A stretch of 64,000 nt of DNA. Source: Tubulanus polymorphus (taxonomy: Eukaryota > Animalia > Nemertea). The stretch is from positions 13,982,485 through 14,046,484 of the forward strand of contig NC_134027.1 of assembly GCF_964204645.1 (NCBI RefSeq). Direction: 5' to 3'. The stretch's first letter is position 1. Each line of letters begins with the position of its first letter. A program made the position numbers and the translations under genes. Of this stretch, positions 13,026 through 27,224 are shown piece after piece. The notes below the pieces were generated by a model. It was not told where the DNA came from. It searched no databases and saw only the letters and a list, made by a program, of their open reading frames with translations.

Positions 13026-14449
13026 GTTTTGTCGGAACATTAAGTTTTTGGTCGAACAGTGTGTTAAGGTTGTTTTGGAAATTTACTCGGTCTGGTATAT
13101 TTTGGATTACTGTGTATGTCATTTGTCAGGACATTAAACAGAAGACGACTTAGGATACTACCTTGCGTGACTCCACTAGTTAGACCGTCTCATTCCAAGA
13201 TGAGGCGTTCCGTTGATTTCGGTTACAAGTTTCCGTTCAGAGATAACTGCTGTGCCATTTGGGCGACCTATCATTGATACTGTTTCCTAATAGCCTGTTC
13301 AGTAATGGCTGATGTTGAGCCTTATCAAATGCTTTGTTGAAATCCACCGTTGAACAGGATTCTAAGACTGTGCAGAAAACCCGTTATCGCTGCTTTGCAG
13401 CTATATTTATTATTATTTTCTTCCACACTATTTTTACCAAAAGAACATAGGCTTTGTTACCTTACCGCTGTTTCATATACAATCCATATAATATCGTTCA
13501 GCTCACTGAGATCTACAAATAGCCCGCGTGTTTTTTCACGAATCATCGTTACAAAAGCGCTGTCGGGCTGTAAACATCGAAAATTTAGCCCCATTCAATG
13601 GGGCGACATGTTTTTCGAGTCGTCATCCCGAAATCAACCTGCAGGCCGACTGTCACTTCGATTATCAATTCAAGTATAAATGAACTAATTTATTGCCGCA
13701 GACTTCACATTCAGTCGCGGTCTTCAAACAGTGATTTTAACAATAGCCCATTTTCCTCATCAAATCATATTACCGATACACTGGAAATTTACTACTTTAG
13801 ATTTTAAAAGCACTGTCGAGCCGTAAACATCGACGAATCGACGCGTGTTACTACATCGACGTTCCGCGGATGAGCTGCGAGTTTCTCCTCATCATGAGAA
13901 TCAAATCGAGTACAAATTAATTTATTACTACCAGTGATTTGGCTGCGGGTTTCAAGGATTTAGTTTAACAATACCTATTTTTCTTTATCGAATTAACCGT
14001 GTATTTACTAAGATAAATCTTTAGTGTACCGGGGAATCGTAGGCCTAAACTAAACAGGCCGAAGAGATATGGCGGAGAAAAGCTGTTATGTCGACGAGGT
14101 ATCAAAATAAAAGAATATATTACTTTATTCGGCCGCGGGCTTCAACCATTTATCAATACTCTATATTTCTTACAGTACATACCGATCATTGTCAAATGCA
14201 CAAGGTATTTACTAAATACAAGTATATAACACACTCCTATCCGTATGCTGGACTCACACTTGACATTCGGAGTAAGCGTTCGCTGTGGGGGAAAGGAGAT
14301 CGTTCGCTGTGTCGCTTGAAGTGTTTATCGAGTTTTACGCGACCTTAAGGCTTTAGTATGGTGGCTGATAAGATAAAAAAACACGAATATGCAAATGAGG
14401 GCGACATTACGACAAATCGATTAAACTAAAATAACGCGAGAAAACAATG
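13026..14449 (-). repeat. ~1.4-kb satellite-associated segment, duplicated at 17685-19023 and partly at 25796-26172; contains a HINE-type 5' end (family B)
   Basis: Near-identical sequence at the three loci. The minus-strand motif aaatatagctgcaaagcagcgataacggg (about 13405-13380) resembles element starts at about 33443, 55985 and 60270. Confidence 0.8.
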
Positions 14450-16446
14450 ATTTTGATTTTGTCGCCCGCGACAATTCATTATTTTGGTTTTGTCACACGC
14501 GACAATTCAATATTTTGGTTTTATCGCCCGCGACAATTCATTATTTTGGTTTTATCGCTTGCGACAATTCATTATTTTGGTTTTGTCGCCCGCGAAAATT
14601 CAATATTTTGGTTGTATCGCCCACGACAATTCACTACTTTGGTTTTATCGCCAGCGACAATTCATTATTTTGGTTTTGTCGCCCGCGACAATTCTTCTTT
14701 TTGGTTTTGTCGCCCGCGACAATTCATTATTTTGGTTTTATATTTTGTTTTTGCCGGCGACAATTTTTTTTTCTGGTTTTGTTGCCCGCTACAATTCAAT
14801 ATTTTGGTTTTATCGCCCGCGATAATTCATTATTTTGGTTTTGTCGCCCGAAACAATTCATTATTTTGGTTTTATCGCCGGCGACAATTCATTATTACGG
14901 GTTTATCGCCGGCGACAATTCATTATTTTGGTTTTGTCACCCGTGACAATTCACCATTTTGGTTTTGTCGCCTGGACAATTCACCATTTTGGTTTTGTCG
15001 CCCACCACAATTCATTATTTTGGTTTTGTCGCCCCCACAATTCTTTTTTTGGTTTTGTCACCCGCGACAATTCATAAGTTTGGTTTTGTCGCTTGCGACA
15101 ATTCATTATTTTGGTTTTGTCGCCCGCGAAAATTCAATTTTTTGGTTTTATCCCCCACGACAATTCACTACTTTGGTTTTATCGCCAGCAACAATTCATT
15201 ATTTTGGTTTTGTCGCCCGCGACAATTCACCATTTTGGTTTTGTCGCCCGCGACAATTCACCATTTTGGTTTTGTCACCCGCGACAATTCATTATTTTGG
15301 TTTTATCGCCCGCGACAATTCATTATATTGGTTTTGTCGCCCGCGACAATTCATTATTTTGGTTTAATCGCCCGCGACAATTCAATATTTGGGTTTTATC
15401 GCCCGCGATAATTCATTATTTTGGTTTTATCGCCCGCGACAATTCATCATTTTGGTTTTGTCGCCCGAGACAATTCATCATTTTGGTTTTATCGCCCGCG
15501 ACGATTCATCATTTTGGTTTTGTCGCCCGAGACAATTCATCATTTTGGTTTTATCGCCCGCGACAATTCATCATTTTGGTTTTGTCGCCCCCACAATTCT
15601 TTTTTTGGTTTTGTCGCCTGTGACAATTCATTAGTTTGGTTTTGTCGCTTGCGACAATTCATTATTTTGGTTTTGTCGCCCGCGAAAATTCAATATTTTG
15701 GTTTGTCGCACCGACAATTCTTTTTTTGGTTTTGTCACCTGCGACAATTCATTAGTTTGGTTTTGTCGCCCGCGACAATTAAATATTTTGGTTTTGTCGC
15801 CAGTGACAATTCAATATTTTGGTTTTGTCGCTTGCGACAATTCATTACTTTGGTTTTATTTCCAGCGACAAATCATTATTCTGGTTTTGTCGCCCGCGAC
15901 AATTCATTATTTTGGTTTTATATTTTGTTTTAGTCGCCCGCGACAATTCAATATTTTTGTTTTATCACCCGCGATAATTCGTTATTTTGGTTTTATCGCC
16001 CGCGACAATTCATTATTTCGGTTTTGTCACCCGAGACAATTCATCATTTCGGTTTTATCGCCCGCGACAATTCATTATTTTGGTTTTGTCGCCTGGACAA
16101 TTCACCATTTTGGTTTTGTCGCCCGCGACAATTCATTATTTTGGTTTTGTTGCCCTCACAATTCTTTTTTTGGTTTTGTTGCCCGCGACAATTCATTAGT
16201 TTGGTTTTGTCGCCCGCGACAATGCAATATTTTAGTTTTATCGCCCACGACAATTCATTAGTTTGGTTTTATCTCCAGCGACAATTCATTATTTTGGTTT
16301 TATCTCCAGCGACAATTCATTATTTTGGTTTTGTCGCCCGCGTCAATTCTTCTTTTGGTTTTGAAGCCCGCGACAATTCATTATTTTGGTTTTATATTTT
16401 GTTTTTGGGCGCCCGCGACAATTCATTATTTTGGTTTTGTCGCCCG
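14450..16446. repeat. 31-bp satellite array
   Basis: About 2 kb of the same monomer with 29-30-bp variants. Confidence 0.95.
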
Positions 16447-17595
16447 AAGAAAATTTTTAAGACGCTTTGATCAATTACCTTGATCTTTCGTTTATATTTG
16501 AATCTACCAAAGGCCCATCAGCATAAGAAAATTGGGTCGATCTGACTCAACATGGCCATCCTATGACCTTTTTAGTGGCCAAAAATGTCAATTTTGGCCA
16601 GAATTCTAGGTCCTGTAGCTTCCTACTGGTTGGCCATTTCTCATTGCAATTGCTGACGGATATTCTTTAGAGAGGGATGTTTTATACCTGGGACAGGTAC
16701 TTTTGATCAGCCAATTATGACGCAATTGGCGGCCATCTTGGTGTCATCAGTACTCATTCGTAGGTGGGAAAAAGTTTTTTCCACAATTAGTTGATACCTA
16801 AGCATATTGTGTTACTATATTCAATTGGAAAGTTGTAGCCCATAACGTGTTCTATGATTGTGGTGAGTTTCAAGGTCATTGGTTTTTGTATGTGGCCATC
16901 AGGGGGCGTTGAATAATACAATAACTTAGTATTGCTATATTATATTTGTACCAAGGCATATTTTGTTACCATGATCAATGGCAAAGTTGTAGTTCATGAC
17001 ATCGTCTATGATTGTGGTGAGGACATTAGTTATTCCATATAGTCATCAGGGAGCGTTGAATATTAGAAAAGCTTAGTTTTTCCTTATTAGATTGGTAACT
17101 GGGCATAGTTTGTTACCATGATCCATTGCAAAGTTGTAGTTCATGACATCGTCTATGATTGTGGTGAGTTTTTAAGGACATTAGTTATTCCATATAGTCA
17201 CCAGGGGGCGCTGAATAGTAGAATGGCTTAGTATTTCCTTATTAGATTGGTACCTAGGCATATTTTGTTACTATGATCAATTGCAAAGTTGTATTTCATG
17301 ACATGTACTACGATTGTGGTGAGTTTTAAGGTCATTGGGTTTTGCATATGGTCACCAGGGGCGTTGAATAGTAGAATAAATAGTATTTCCATAATTAAAT
17401 TGGTAACGAGGCATATTTTGTTATCACAATCAATTACAAAATCATAGCTGCTCACATGTTCTATGATTGTGGTGGGTTTCAAGGTCATTGGTTTTTGTAT
17501 ATGGTCACTAGAGGGCGTTATGTATTGAAATTGTTAGATTGTTGAGCATTTGAAACCACTGCCCAAGTGAGCATGGTGTCCCTGGACCCCTAGTT
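16447..17595 (-). mobile_element. HINE family A copy (minus strand), uninterrupted paralog of 6659-12726
   Basis: Same junctions with the satellite on both sides; ~155-bp internal repeats. Confidence 0.8.
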
Positions 17596-17684
17596 TGGTT
17601 TTGTCGCCCGCGACAATTCATTATTTTGGTTTTGTCGCACGCAACTATTCAATAGTTTGTTTTTGTCGTCCGTGACAATTCATT

Positions 17685-19023
17685 AAGGTTGTTTTGGAAA
17701 TTTACTCGGTCTGGTATATTTTGGATTACTGTGTATGTCATTTGTCAGGACATTAAACAGAAACACGTCTCATTCCAAGATGAGGCGTTCCGTTGATTTC
17801 GGTTACAAGTTTCCGTTCAGAGATAACTGCTGTGCCATTTGGGCGACCTATCATAGATACTGTTTCCTAATAGCCTGTTCAGTAATGGCTGATGTTGAGC
17901 CTTATCAAATGCTTTGTTGAAATCCACCGTTGAACAGGATTCTAAGACTGTGCAGAAAACCCGTTATCGCTGCTTTGCAGCTATATTTATTATTATTTTT
18001 TTCCACACATTTTTTGTCAAAAATACATAGGCTTTCTTACATTACCGCTGTTGCCGATACAATCCGTTTGATATCATTCAGCTCACTTCGATCTACAAAT
18101 ACTCCGTGCAAATTTTGAAGAATCAACGTTACAAAAGCACTGTCGGGCCGTAAACATCGAAAATTGAGCCCCATTCAAAGAGCCGACATGTTTTTCTAAG
18201 TCGTCTTTCCGAAATCTACCGCACGTTTCTTGTCACATCGATTATCAATTCAAGCATAAATTAACAAATTTATTACCCAAAGATTGCACATTCTGTCGCG
18301 GTTTTTAAAAACTAATTTTAACAATAACCCATTTTTCTCATCAAATTATAATACCAATACACAGGAAATTTACTACTTTAGATTTTAAAAGCACTGTCGA
18401 GCCGTAAACATCGACGAATCGACGTGTGTCACTAAATCGTCGTTCCGGGAATCAGCTGCGAGTTTCTCCTCATTCTGAGAATCAAATCGAGTACAAATTA
18501 ATTCATTACTACCAGTGATTTGGCTGCGGGCGTCAAGCAGTTAATTTAGCAATACCTATTTTTCTTTACCAAATTTACCGTGTTTTTACTAAGATAAATC
18601 ATAAGTGTACCGGGGAGTCGTAGGCCTAAACTAAACACGCCGAAGAGATATAGCGGAGAAAAGCTGTTATGTCGACCAGGTATCAAAATAAAAGAATATA
18701 TTACTTTATTCGGCCGCGGGCCTCTATATCAGTACCATCAATACTCTATATTTCCTACAGTACATACCGATCATTGTCAAATCCACAAGGTATTTACTAA
18801 ATACAAGTATATAACACACTCCTATCCGTATGCTGGACTCACACTTGACATTCGGAGTAAGCGTTCGCTGTGGGGGAAAGGAGATCGTTCGCTGTGTCGC
18901 TTGATGTGTTTATGGAGTTTTACGCGACCTTAAGGCTTTAGTATGGTGGCTGATAAGATAAAAAAACACGAATATGCAAATGAGGGCGACATTACGACAA
19001 AACTAAAATAACGCGAGAAAACA
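17685..19023 (-). repeat. Second copy of the ~1.4-kb satellite-associated segment
   Basis: Colinear with 13064-14449. Confidence 0.85.
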
Positions 19024-22000
19024 ATGATTTTGGTTTTGTCGCCCGCGACAATTCATTATTTTGGTTTTATCGCTCGCGACAATTCATTATTTTGGTTTTA
19101 TCGCCCGCGACAATTCATTATTTTGGTTTTATCGCCACCGACAATTCATTATTTTGGTTTTGTCGCCTGGACAATTCACCATTTTGGTTTTGTTGCCCGC
19201 GACAATTCATTATTTTGGTTTTGTCGCCCAGACAATTCTTTTTTTGCTTTTGTCGCCCGCGACGATTCATTAGTTTTGTTTTGTCGCCCGCGACAATTCA
19301 TTATTTTGGTTTAATCGCCCGCGACAATTCATTATTTTGGTTTTGTCGCCCGAGACAATTCATTATTTTAGTTTTATCGCCTGCGACAATTCATTATTTT
19401 GGTTTTGTCGCCCGAGACAATTCATTATTTTAGTTTCATCACCTGCGACAATTCATTATTTTGGTTTTATCGCCCGTGACAATTCATTATTTTGGTTTTG
19501 TCGCCCCGACAATTCTTTTTTTGGTTTTGTCGCCCGCGAAAATTCATTAGTTTGGTTTTGTCGCCCGCGACAATTCAATATTTTGGTTTTATCGCCCATG
19601 ACAATTCATTACTTTGGTTTTATCTCCAGTGACAATTCATTATTTTGGTTTTGTCGCCCACGACAATTCTTGTTTTTGGTTTTGTCGCCTGCGACAATTC
19701 ATTATTTTGGTTTTATCGCCTGCGACAATTCAATGTTATGGTTTTATCGCCCGCGATAATTCATTATTTCGGTTTTATCGCCCGCGACAATTCAATATTT
19801 TGTTTCTATCGTCTGCGACATTTCATTATTTTGGTTTTGTCGCCCGAGACAATTCATTATTTTGGTTTTATCGCCCGCGACAATTCATTATTTTTGTTTT
19901 ATCGCCCGCGACAATACATTAGTTTGGTTTTATCGCCCGAGACAATTCATTATTTTGGTTTTATCGCCCGCGACAATTCAATATTTTTGTTTTATCGCCC
20001 GCGACAATACATTAGTTTGGTTTTATCGCCCGCGACAATTCATTATTTTGGTTTTGTCGCCCGCGACAATTCATTATTTTGGTTTTGTCGCCCCGACAAT
20101 TCTTTTTTTGGTTTTGTCGCCCGCGACAATTCATTAGTTTGGTTTTGTCGCCCGCGACAATTCAATATTTTGGTTTTGTCACCCGCGACAATTCATTATT
20201 TTGGTTTTGTCACCCGCGACAATTCATTATTTTTGTTTTATCGCCCGCGACAATTCATTATTTTGGTTTTATCGCCCGAGACAATTCATTATTTTGGTTT
20301 TATCGCCCGCGACAATTCAATATTTTTGTTTTATCGCCCGCGACAATACATTAGTTTGGTTTTATCGCCCGCGACAATTCATTATTTTGGTTTTGTCGCC
20401 CGCGACAATTCATTATTTTGGTTTTGTCGCCCCGACAATTCTTTTTTTGGTTTTGTCGCCCGCGACAATTCATTAGTTTGGTTTTGTCGCCCGCGACAAT
20501 TCAATATTTTGGTTTTGTCACCCGCGACAATTCATTATTTTGGTTTTGTCACCCGCGACAATTCATTATTTTGGTTTTGTCGCCCCGACAATTCTTTTTT
20601 TGGTTTTGTCGCCCGCGAAAATTCATTATTTTGGTTTTATCGCCCGCGACAATTCATTATTTTGGTTTTGTCGCCCCGACAATTCTTTTTTTGGTTTTGT
20701 CGCTCGCGAAAATTCATTAGTTTGGTTTTGTCGCCCGCGACAATTCAATATTTTGGTTTTATCGCCCATGACAATTCATTACTTTGGTTTTATCTCCAGT
20801 GACAATTCATTATTTTGGTTTTGTCGCCCACGACAATTCTTGTTTTTGGTTTTGTCGCCTGCGACAATTCATTATTTTGGTTTTATCGCCCGCGACAATT
20901 CATTATTTTGGTTTTATCGCCAGCGAGAATTCATTATTTTGGTTTTGTCGCCTGGACAATTCACCATTTTGGTTTTGTTGCCCGCGACAATTCATTATTT
21001 TGGTTTTGTCGCCCAGACAATTCTTTTTTTGGTTTTGTCGCCCGCGACGATTCATTAGTTTTGTTTTGTCGCCCGCGACAATTCATTATTTTGGTTTAAT
21101 CGCCCGCGACAATTCATTATTTTAGTTTTATCGCCTGCGACAATTCATTATTTTGGTTTTATCGCCCGCGACAATTCATTATTTTGGTTTTGTCGCCCGA
21201 GACAATTCAATATTTTAGTTTTATCGCCTGCGACAATTCATTATTTTGGTTTTATCGCCCGCGACAATTCATTATTTTGGTTTTGTCGCCCCGACAATTC
21301 TTTTTTTGGTTTTGTCGCCCGCGAAAATTCATTAGTTTGGTTTTGTCGCCCGCGACAATTCAATATTTTGGTTTTATCGCCCATGACAATTCATTACTTT
21401 GGTTTTATCTCCAGTGACAATTCATTATTTTGGTTTTGTCGCCCACGACAATTCTTGTTTTTGGTTTTGTCGCCTGCGACAATTCATTATTTTGGTTTTA
21501 TCGCCCGCGACAATTCAATGTTATGGTTTTATCGCCCGCGATAATTCATTATTTCGGTTTTATCGCCCGCGACAATACATTAGTTTGGTTTTATCGCCCG
21601 CGACAATTCATTATTTTGGTTTTATCGCCCGCGACAATTCAATATTTTTGTTTTATCGCCCGCGACAATACATTAGTTTGGTTTTATCGCCCGCGACAAT
21701 TCATTATTTTGGTTTTGTCGCCCGCGACAATTCATTATTTTGGTTTTGTCGCCCCGACAATTCTTTTTTTGGTTTTGTCGCCCGCGACAATTCATTAGTT
21801 TGGTTTTGTCGCCCGCGACAATTCAATATTTTGGTTTTGTCACCCGCGACAATTCATTATTTTGGTTTTGTCACCCGCGACAATTCATTATTTTGGTTTT
21901 GTCGCCCCGACAATTCTTTTTTTGGTTTTGTCGCCCGCGAAAATTCATTATTTTGGTTTTATCGCCCGCGACAATTCATTATTTTGGTTTTGTCGCCCCG

Positions 22001-25000
22001 ACAATTCTTTTTTTGGTTTTGTCGCTCGCGAAAATTCATTAGTTTGGTTTTGTCGCCCGCGACAATTCAATATTTTGGTTTTATCGCCCATGACAATTCA
22101 TTACTTTGGTTTTATCTCCAGTGACAATTCATTATTTTGGTTTTGTCGCCCACGACAATTCTTGTTTTTGGTTTTGTCGCCTGCGACAATTCATTATTTT
22201 GGTTTTATCGCCCGCGACAATTCATTATTTTGGTTTTATCGCCAGCGAGAATTCATTATTTTGGTTTTGTCGCCTGGACAATTCACCATTTTGGTTTTGT
22301 TGCCCGCGACAATTCATTATTTTGGTTTTGTCGCCCAGACAATTCTTTTTTTGGTTTTGTCGCCCGCGACGATTCATTAGTTTTGTTTTGTCGCCCGCGA
22401 CAATTCATTATTTTGGTTTAATCGCCCGCGACAATTCATTATTTTAGTTTTATCGCCTGCGACAATTCATTATTTTGGTTTTATCGCCCGCGACAATTCA
22501 TTATTTTGGTTTTGTCGCCCGAGACAATTCAATATTTTAGTTTTATCGCCTGCGACAATTCATTATTTTGGTTTTATCGCCCGCGACAATTCATTATTTT
22601 GGTTTTGTCGCCCCGACAATTCTTTTTTTGGTTTTGTCGCCCGCGAAAATTCATTAGTTTGGTTTTGTCGCCCGCGACAATTCAATATTTTGGTTTTATC
22701 GCCCATGACAATTCATTACTTTGGTTTTATCTCCAGTGACAATTCATTATTTTGGTTTTGTCGCCCACGACAATTCTTGTTTTTGGTTTTGTCGCCTGCG
22801 ACAATTCATTATTTTGGTTTTATCGCCCGCGACAATTCAATGTTATGGTTTTATCGCCCGCGATAATTCATTATTTCGGTTTTATCGCCCGCGACAATAC
22901 ATTAGTTTGGTTTTATCGCCCGCGACAATTCATTATTTTGGTTTTGTCGCCCGCGACAATTCATTATTTATGTTTTATCGCCTGCGACAATTCAATGTTA
23001 TGGTTTTATCGCCCGCGATAATTCATTATTTCGGTTTTATCGCCCGCGACAATTCAATATTTTGTTTCTATCGTCCGCGACAATTCATTATTTTGGTTTT
23101 ATCGCCCGCGACAATTCATTATTTTGGTTTTGTCGCCCGCGACAATTCATTATTTCTGTTTTATCGCCCGAGACAATTCATTATTTTGGTTTTATCGCCC
23201 GCGACAATTCAATATTTTGGTTTTGTCGCCCGCGACAATTCATTAGTTTGGTTTTGTCGCCCGCGACAATTCAATATTTTGGTTTTGTCGCCCGCGACAA
23301 TTCAATATTTTTGTTTTGTCGCCCTCGACAATTCATTAGTTTGGTTTTGTCGCCCGCTATAATTCATTATTTTGGTTTTATCGCCCGCGACAATTCATTA
23401 TTTTGGCTTTGTCGCCCGAGACAATTCATTATTTTGGTTTTGTCGCCCGAGACAATTCATTATTTTGGTTTTATCGCCCGCGACAATTCATTACTTTGGT
23501 TTTATCACCCGTGACAATTCATTATTTTGGTTTTGTCGCCTGGACAATTCACCATTTTGGTTTTGTCGCCCGCGACAATTCATTATTTTGGTTTTGTCGC
23601 CCCGACAATTCTTTTTTTGGTTTTTTCCCCAGCAAAAATTCATTAATTTGGTTTTGTCGCCCGCGATAATTCATTATTTTGGTTTTATCACCCGCGACAA
23701 TTCATTATTTTGGTTTTGTCGCCCGAGACAATTCATTATTTTGGTTTTGTCGCCCGAGACAATTCATTATTTTGGTTTTATCGCCCGCGACAATTCATTA
23801 CTTTGGTTTTGTTGCCCGTGACAATTCTTTTTCAGTCCACTTGGGACTTTAGTCCCAGCGGGCTATTGTGTTCACTTTTCGCCCGTCCGTCCACAGACGG
23901 AATCCAGTTATTTTGGGAAGTTTTGAAGACGCTTCAAGGTAATGTCTTGATATTTGGTCCATACATGTATCTATGGGTTTCAAGGTCATTGGTTTTTGTA
24001 TATGGTCACTAGAGGGCGTTATGTATTGAAATTGTTAGATTGTTGAGCATTTGAAACCACTTCCCAAGTGAGCATGGTGTCCCTGGACCCCTAGTTTGGT
24101 TTTGTCTCCCGGGACAATTCATTATTCTGGTTTTGTCGCACGCAACAATTCAATATTTTGTTTATGTCGTCTGCAACAATTCATCATTTTGGTTTTATCG
24201 CCGCGACAATTCAATATTTTGGTTTTAACGCCCGCGACAATTCATTATTGTGGTTTTATCGCCCGCGACAATTCATTATTTTGGTTTTATCGCCCGCGAC
24301 AATTCATTATTTTGGTTTTGTCGCCCGAGACAATTCATTAGTTTGGTTTTGTCGCCCGCGACAATTCAATATTTTGGTTTTATCGCCCATGACAATTCAT
24401 TACTTTGGTTTTATCTCCAGTGACAATTCATTATTTTGGTTTTGTCGCCCCGACAATTCTTTTTTTGGTTTTGTCGCCCGCGACAATTCATTATTTTGGT
24501 TTTGTCGCCCTCGACAATTCAATATTTTGGTTTTGTCGCCCGCGACAATTCATTATTTTGGTTTTGTCGCCCCTACAATTCTTTTTTTGGTTTTGTCGCC
24601 CGCGAAAAATTCATTAGTTTGGTTTTGTCGCCCGCTATAATTCATTATTTTGGTTTTATCGCCCGCGACAATTCATTATTTTGGCTTTGTCGCCCGAGAC
24701 AATTCATTATTTTGGTTTTGTCGCCCGAGACAATTCATTATTTTGGTTTTATCGCCCGCGACAATTCATTACTTTGGTTTTATTACCCGTGACAATTCAT
24801 TATTTTGGTTTTGTCGCCTGGACAATTCACCATTTTGGTTTTGTCGCCCGCGACAATTCATTATTTTGGTTTTGTCGCCCCGACAATTCTTTTTTTGGTT
24901 TTTTCCCCAGCAAAAATTCATTAATTTGGTTTTGTCGCCCGCGATAATTCATTATTTTGGTTTTATCACCCGCGACAATTCATTATTTTGGTTATGTCGC

Positions 25001-25795
25001 CCGAGACAATTCATTATTTTGGTTTTGTCGCACGAGACAATTCATTATTTTGGTTTTATCGCCCGCGACAATTCATTACTTTGGTTTTGTTGCCCGTGAC
25101 AATTCTTTTTCAGTCCACTTGGGACTTTAGTCCCAGCGGGCTATTGTGTTCACTTTTCGCCCGTCCGTCCATAGACGGAATCCAGTTATTTTGGGAAGTT
25201 TTGAAGACGCTTCAAGGTAATGTCTTTATATTTGGTCCATACATGTATCTATGGGTTTCAAGGTCATTGGTTTTTGTATATGGTCACTAGAGGGCGTTAT
25301 GTATTGAAATTGTTAGATTGTTGAGCATTTGAAACCACTTCCCAAGTGAGCATGGTGTCCCTGGACCCCTAGTTTGGTTTTGTCTCCCGCGACAATTCAT
25401 TATTCTGGTTTTGTCGCACGCAACAATTCAATATTTTGTTTTTGTCGTCTGCAACAATTGATCATTTTGGTTTTATCGCCGCGACAATTCAATATTTTGG
25501 TTTAAACGCCCGCGACAATTCATTATTGTGGTTTTATCGCCCGCGACAATTCATTATTTTGGTTTTATCGCCCGCGATAATTCATTATTTTTGTTTTGTC
25601 GCCCGTGACAATTCAATATTTTGGTTTTGTCACCCGCGACAATTCAAAATTTTGGTTTTATCGCCCGCGACAATTCATTATTTTGGTTTTATTGCCTGCG
25701 ACAATTCATTATTTTTGTTTTGTCGCCCGTGACATTTCAATATTTTGGTTTTGTCACCCGCGACAATTCATAATTTTGGTTTTGTCCCCGTGGTT
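19024..25795. repeat. Long 31-bp satellite array with higher-order repeats (339, 1322, 1278 bp) and two embedded short HINE-A copies (about 23830-24095 and 25108-25373)
   Basis: Identical or near-identical ORF-track translations are offset by 339 (20079/20418), 1322 (20540/21862, 21184/22506) and 1278 (23372/24650, 23710/24988). Confidence 0.95.
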
Positions 25796-26172
25796 TTGTC
25801 GGAACATTAAGTTTTTTGGTCGAACAGTGTGTTAAGGTCGTTTTGGAAATTTACTCGGTCTGGTATATTTTGGATTACTGTGTATGTCATTTGTCAGGAC
25901 ATTAAACAGAAGACGACTTAGGATACTACCTTGCGTGACTCCACTAATTAGACCGTCTCATTCCAAGATGAGGCGTTCCGTTGATTTCGGTTACAAGTTT
26001 CCGTTCAGAGATAACTGCTGAGCCATTTTAACGACCTATCATTGATACTGTATCCTAATAGCCTCTTTAGTAATGGCTGATGTTGAACCTTATCAAATGC
26101 TTTGTTGAAATCCACCGTTGAACAGGATTCTAAGACTGTGCAGAAAACCCGTTATCGCTGCTTTGCAGATAT

Positions 26173-27224
26173 ATTTTTCATTAGAATTTAATTTCTTTCT
26201 TTTATGATATATTTCTTTTCTATCTTGATCAGTTAATTCTTTATTTAATGATTCAAAATCTCCATATATTACAAATGGTACTTTATTTTTGTAATCATAT
26301 TTTTTGAATTCTAATACTTTATCCTTTTTCATTTGGAAAACTATTTTACAATAATCATGATTATCACATAATTGCTTATGATTTAATAATGCCCTTTCAT
26401 TACTGAATTTAGTTTTACATTTACTACATAGATATATTTTATGGTGATCATTTTCTGTTCTAAAAAATAAATCTATTTGTTTAATCCACATATAATGTTT
26501 CTCATAATATAATATATCAATAACACCATTTGAATCATAATCTTTTGATAGGTATAAAGGCTCTAATGTAAAACGTTCAATTTTATTGCCTTTTGTTTTT
26601 GGTAATTTGATTAAATCAAACACATTTATCTTTATATTATTATCTCTTTCTATTTTTGGGATATTTTTAATTCTAACAGGATAATTATCTATTATTTTCA
26701 AATGGTTTATAATTTGATACTCTACAAATATTATCAGTTGCAAGATGTAAGCAACTAATTATTGACCATAGAAAACATTTATCATCAGAATTTTGAACAT
26801 TTATTACAGCATTAGTTTTAAATGGTAATTTGATATAACTTGATCCATTTATATTATCATCTTTATAATATAATAAATTATTTTCATCAATTGGTTTTGA
26901 TTTAGTTAACTTATTATATTTTGTGTTATAAACATGTCAAGTCATAAATATTATTTCATCAAATATTATACCTGATCCTTCAAAATATTTCTCTTCTATT
27001 TTACTTTTTATTTCATTATAACATTTATTTAATCTATCATCTATATGTTGTTTATTATTTTCAAACTTAGTTGAAAAAATAAATTGGTTGAAAATTGTAT
27101 AAATAATATTTATTCTAAAAAACGAGGTTTTAAGCATTCAGGTATCTAATACGAATCTAATATTTAAGTATTTATGTATCTAATATGTATTAATCTAATT
27201 CAAATATAAATATTCTTTATTCAT
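26173..27224 (-). pseudogene. Polinton protein-primed DNA polymerase B, N-terminal region (frameshifted, truncated)
   Basis: Motifs EGSGIIF, GSSYIKLP..INVQNSDDKCF, YPVRIKNIPKIERDNNIKINVF, HYMWIK, C..C....HKQLC, VPFVIYGDFES. Confidence 0.85.

Noticed and set aside
14450-25795. CRISPR array (31-bp palindromic direct repeats)
   Set aside because: Monomers are contiguous with no unique spacers, there are no cas genes, and the context is eukaryotic with spliceosomal introns.
12727-25835. Dozens of long F/I/L-rich ORFs (VLSPATIHYFGF...)
   Set aside because: These are artefacts of a stop-poor 31-bp repeat that is open in all three frames.
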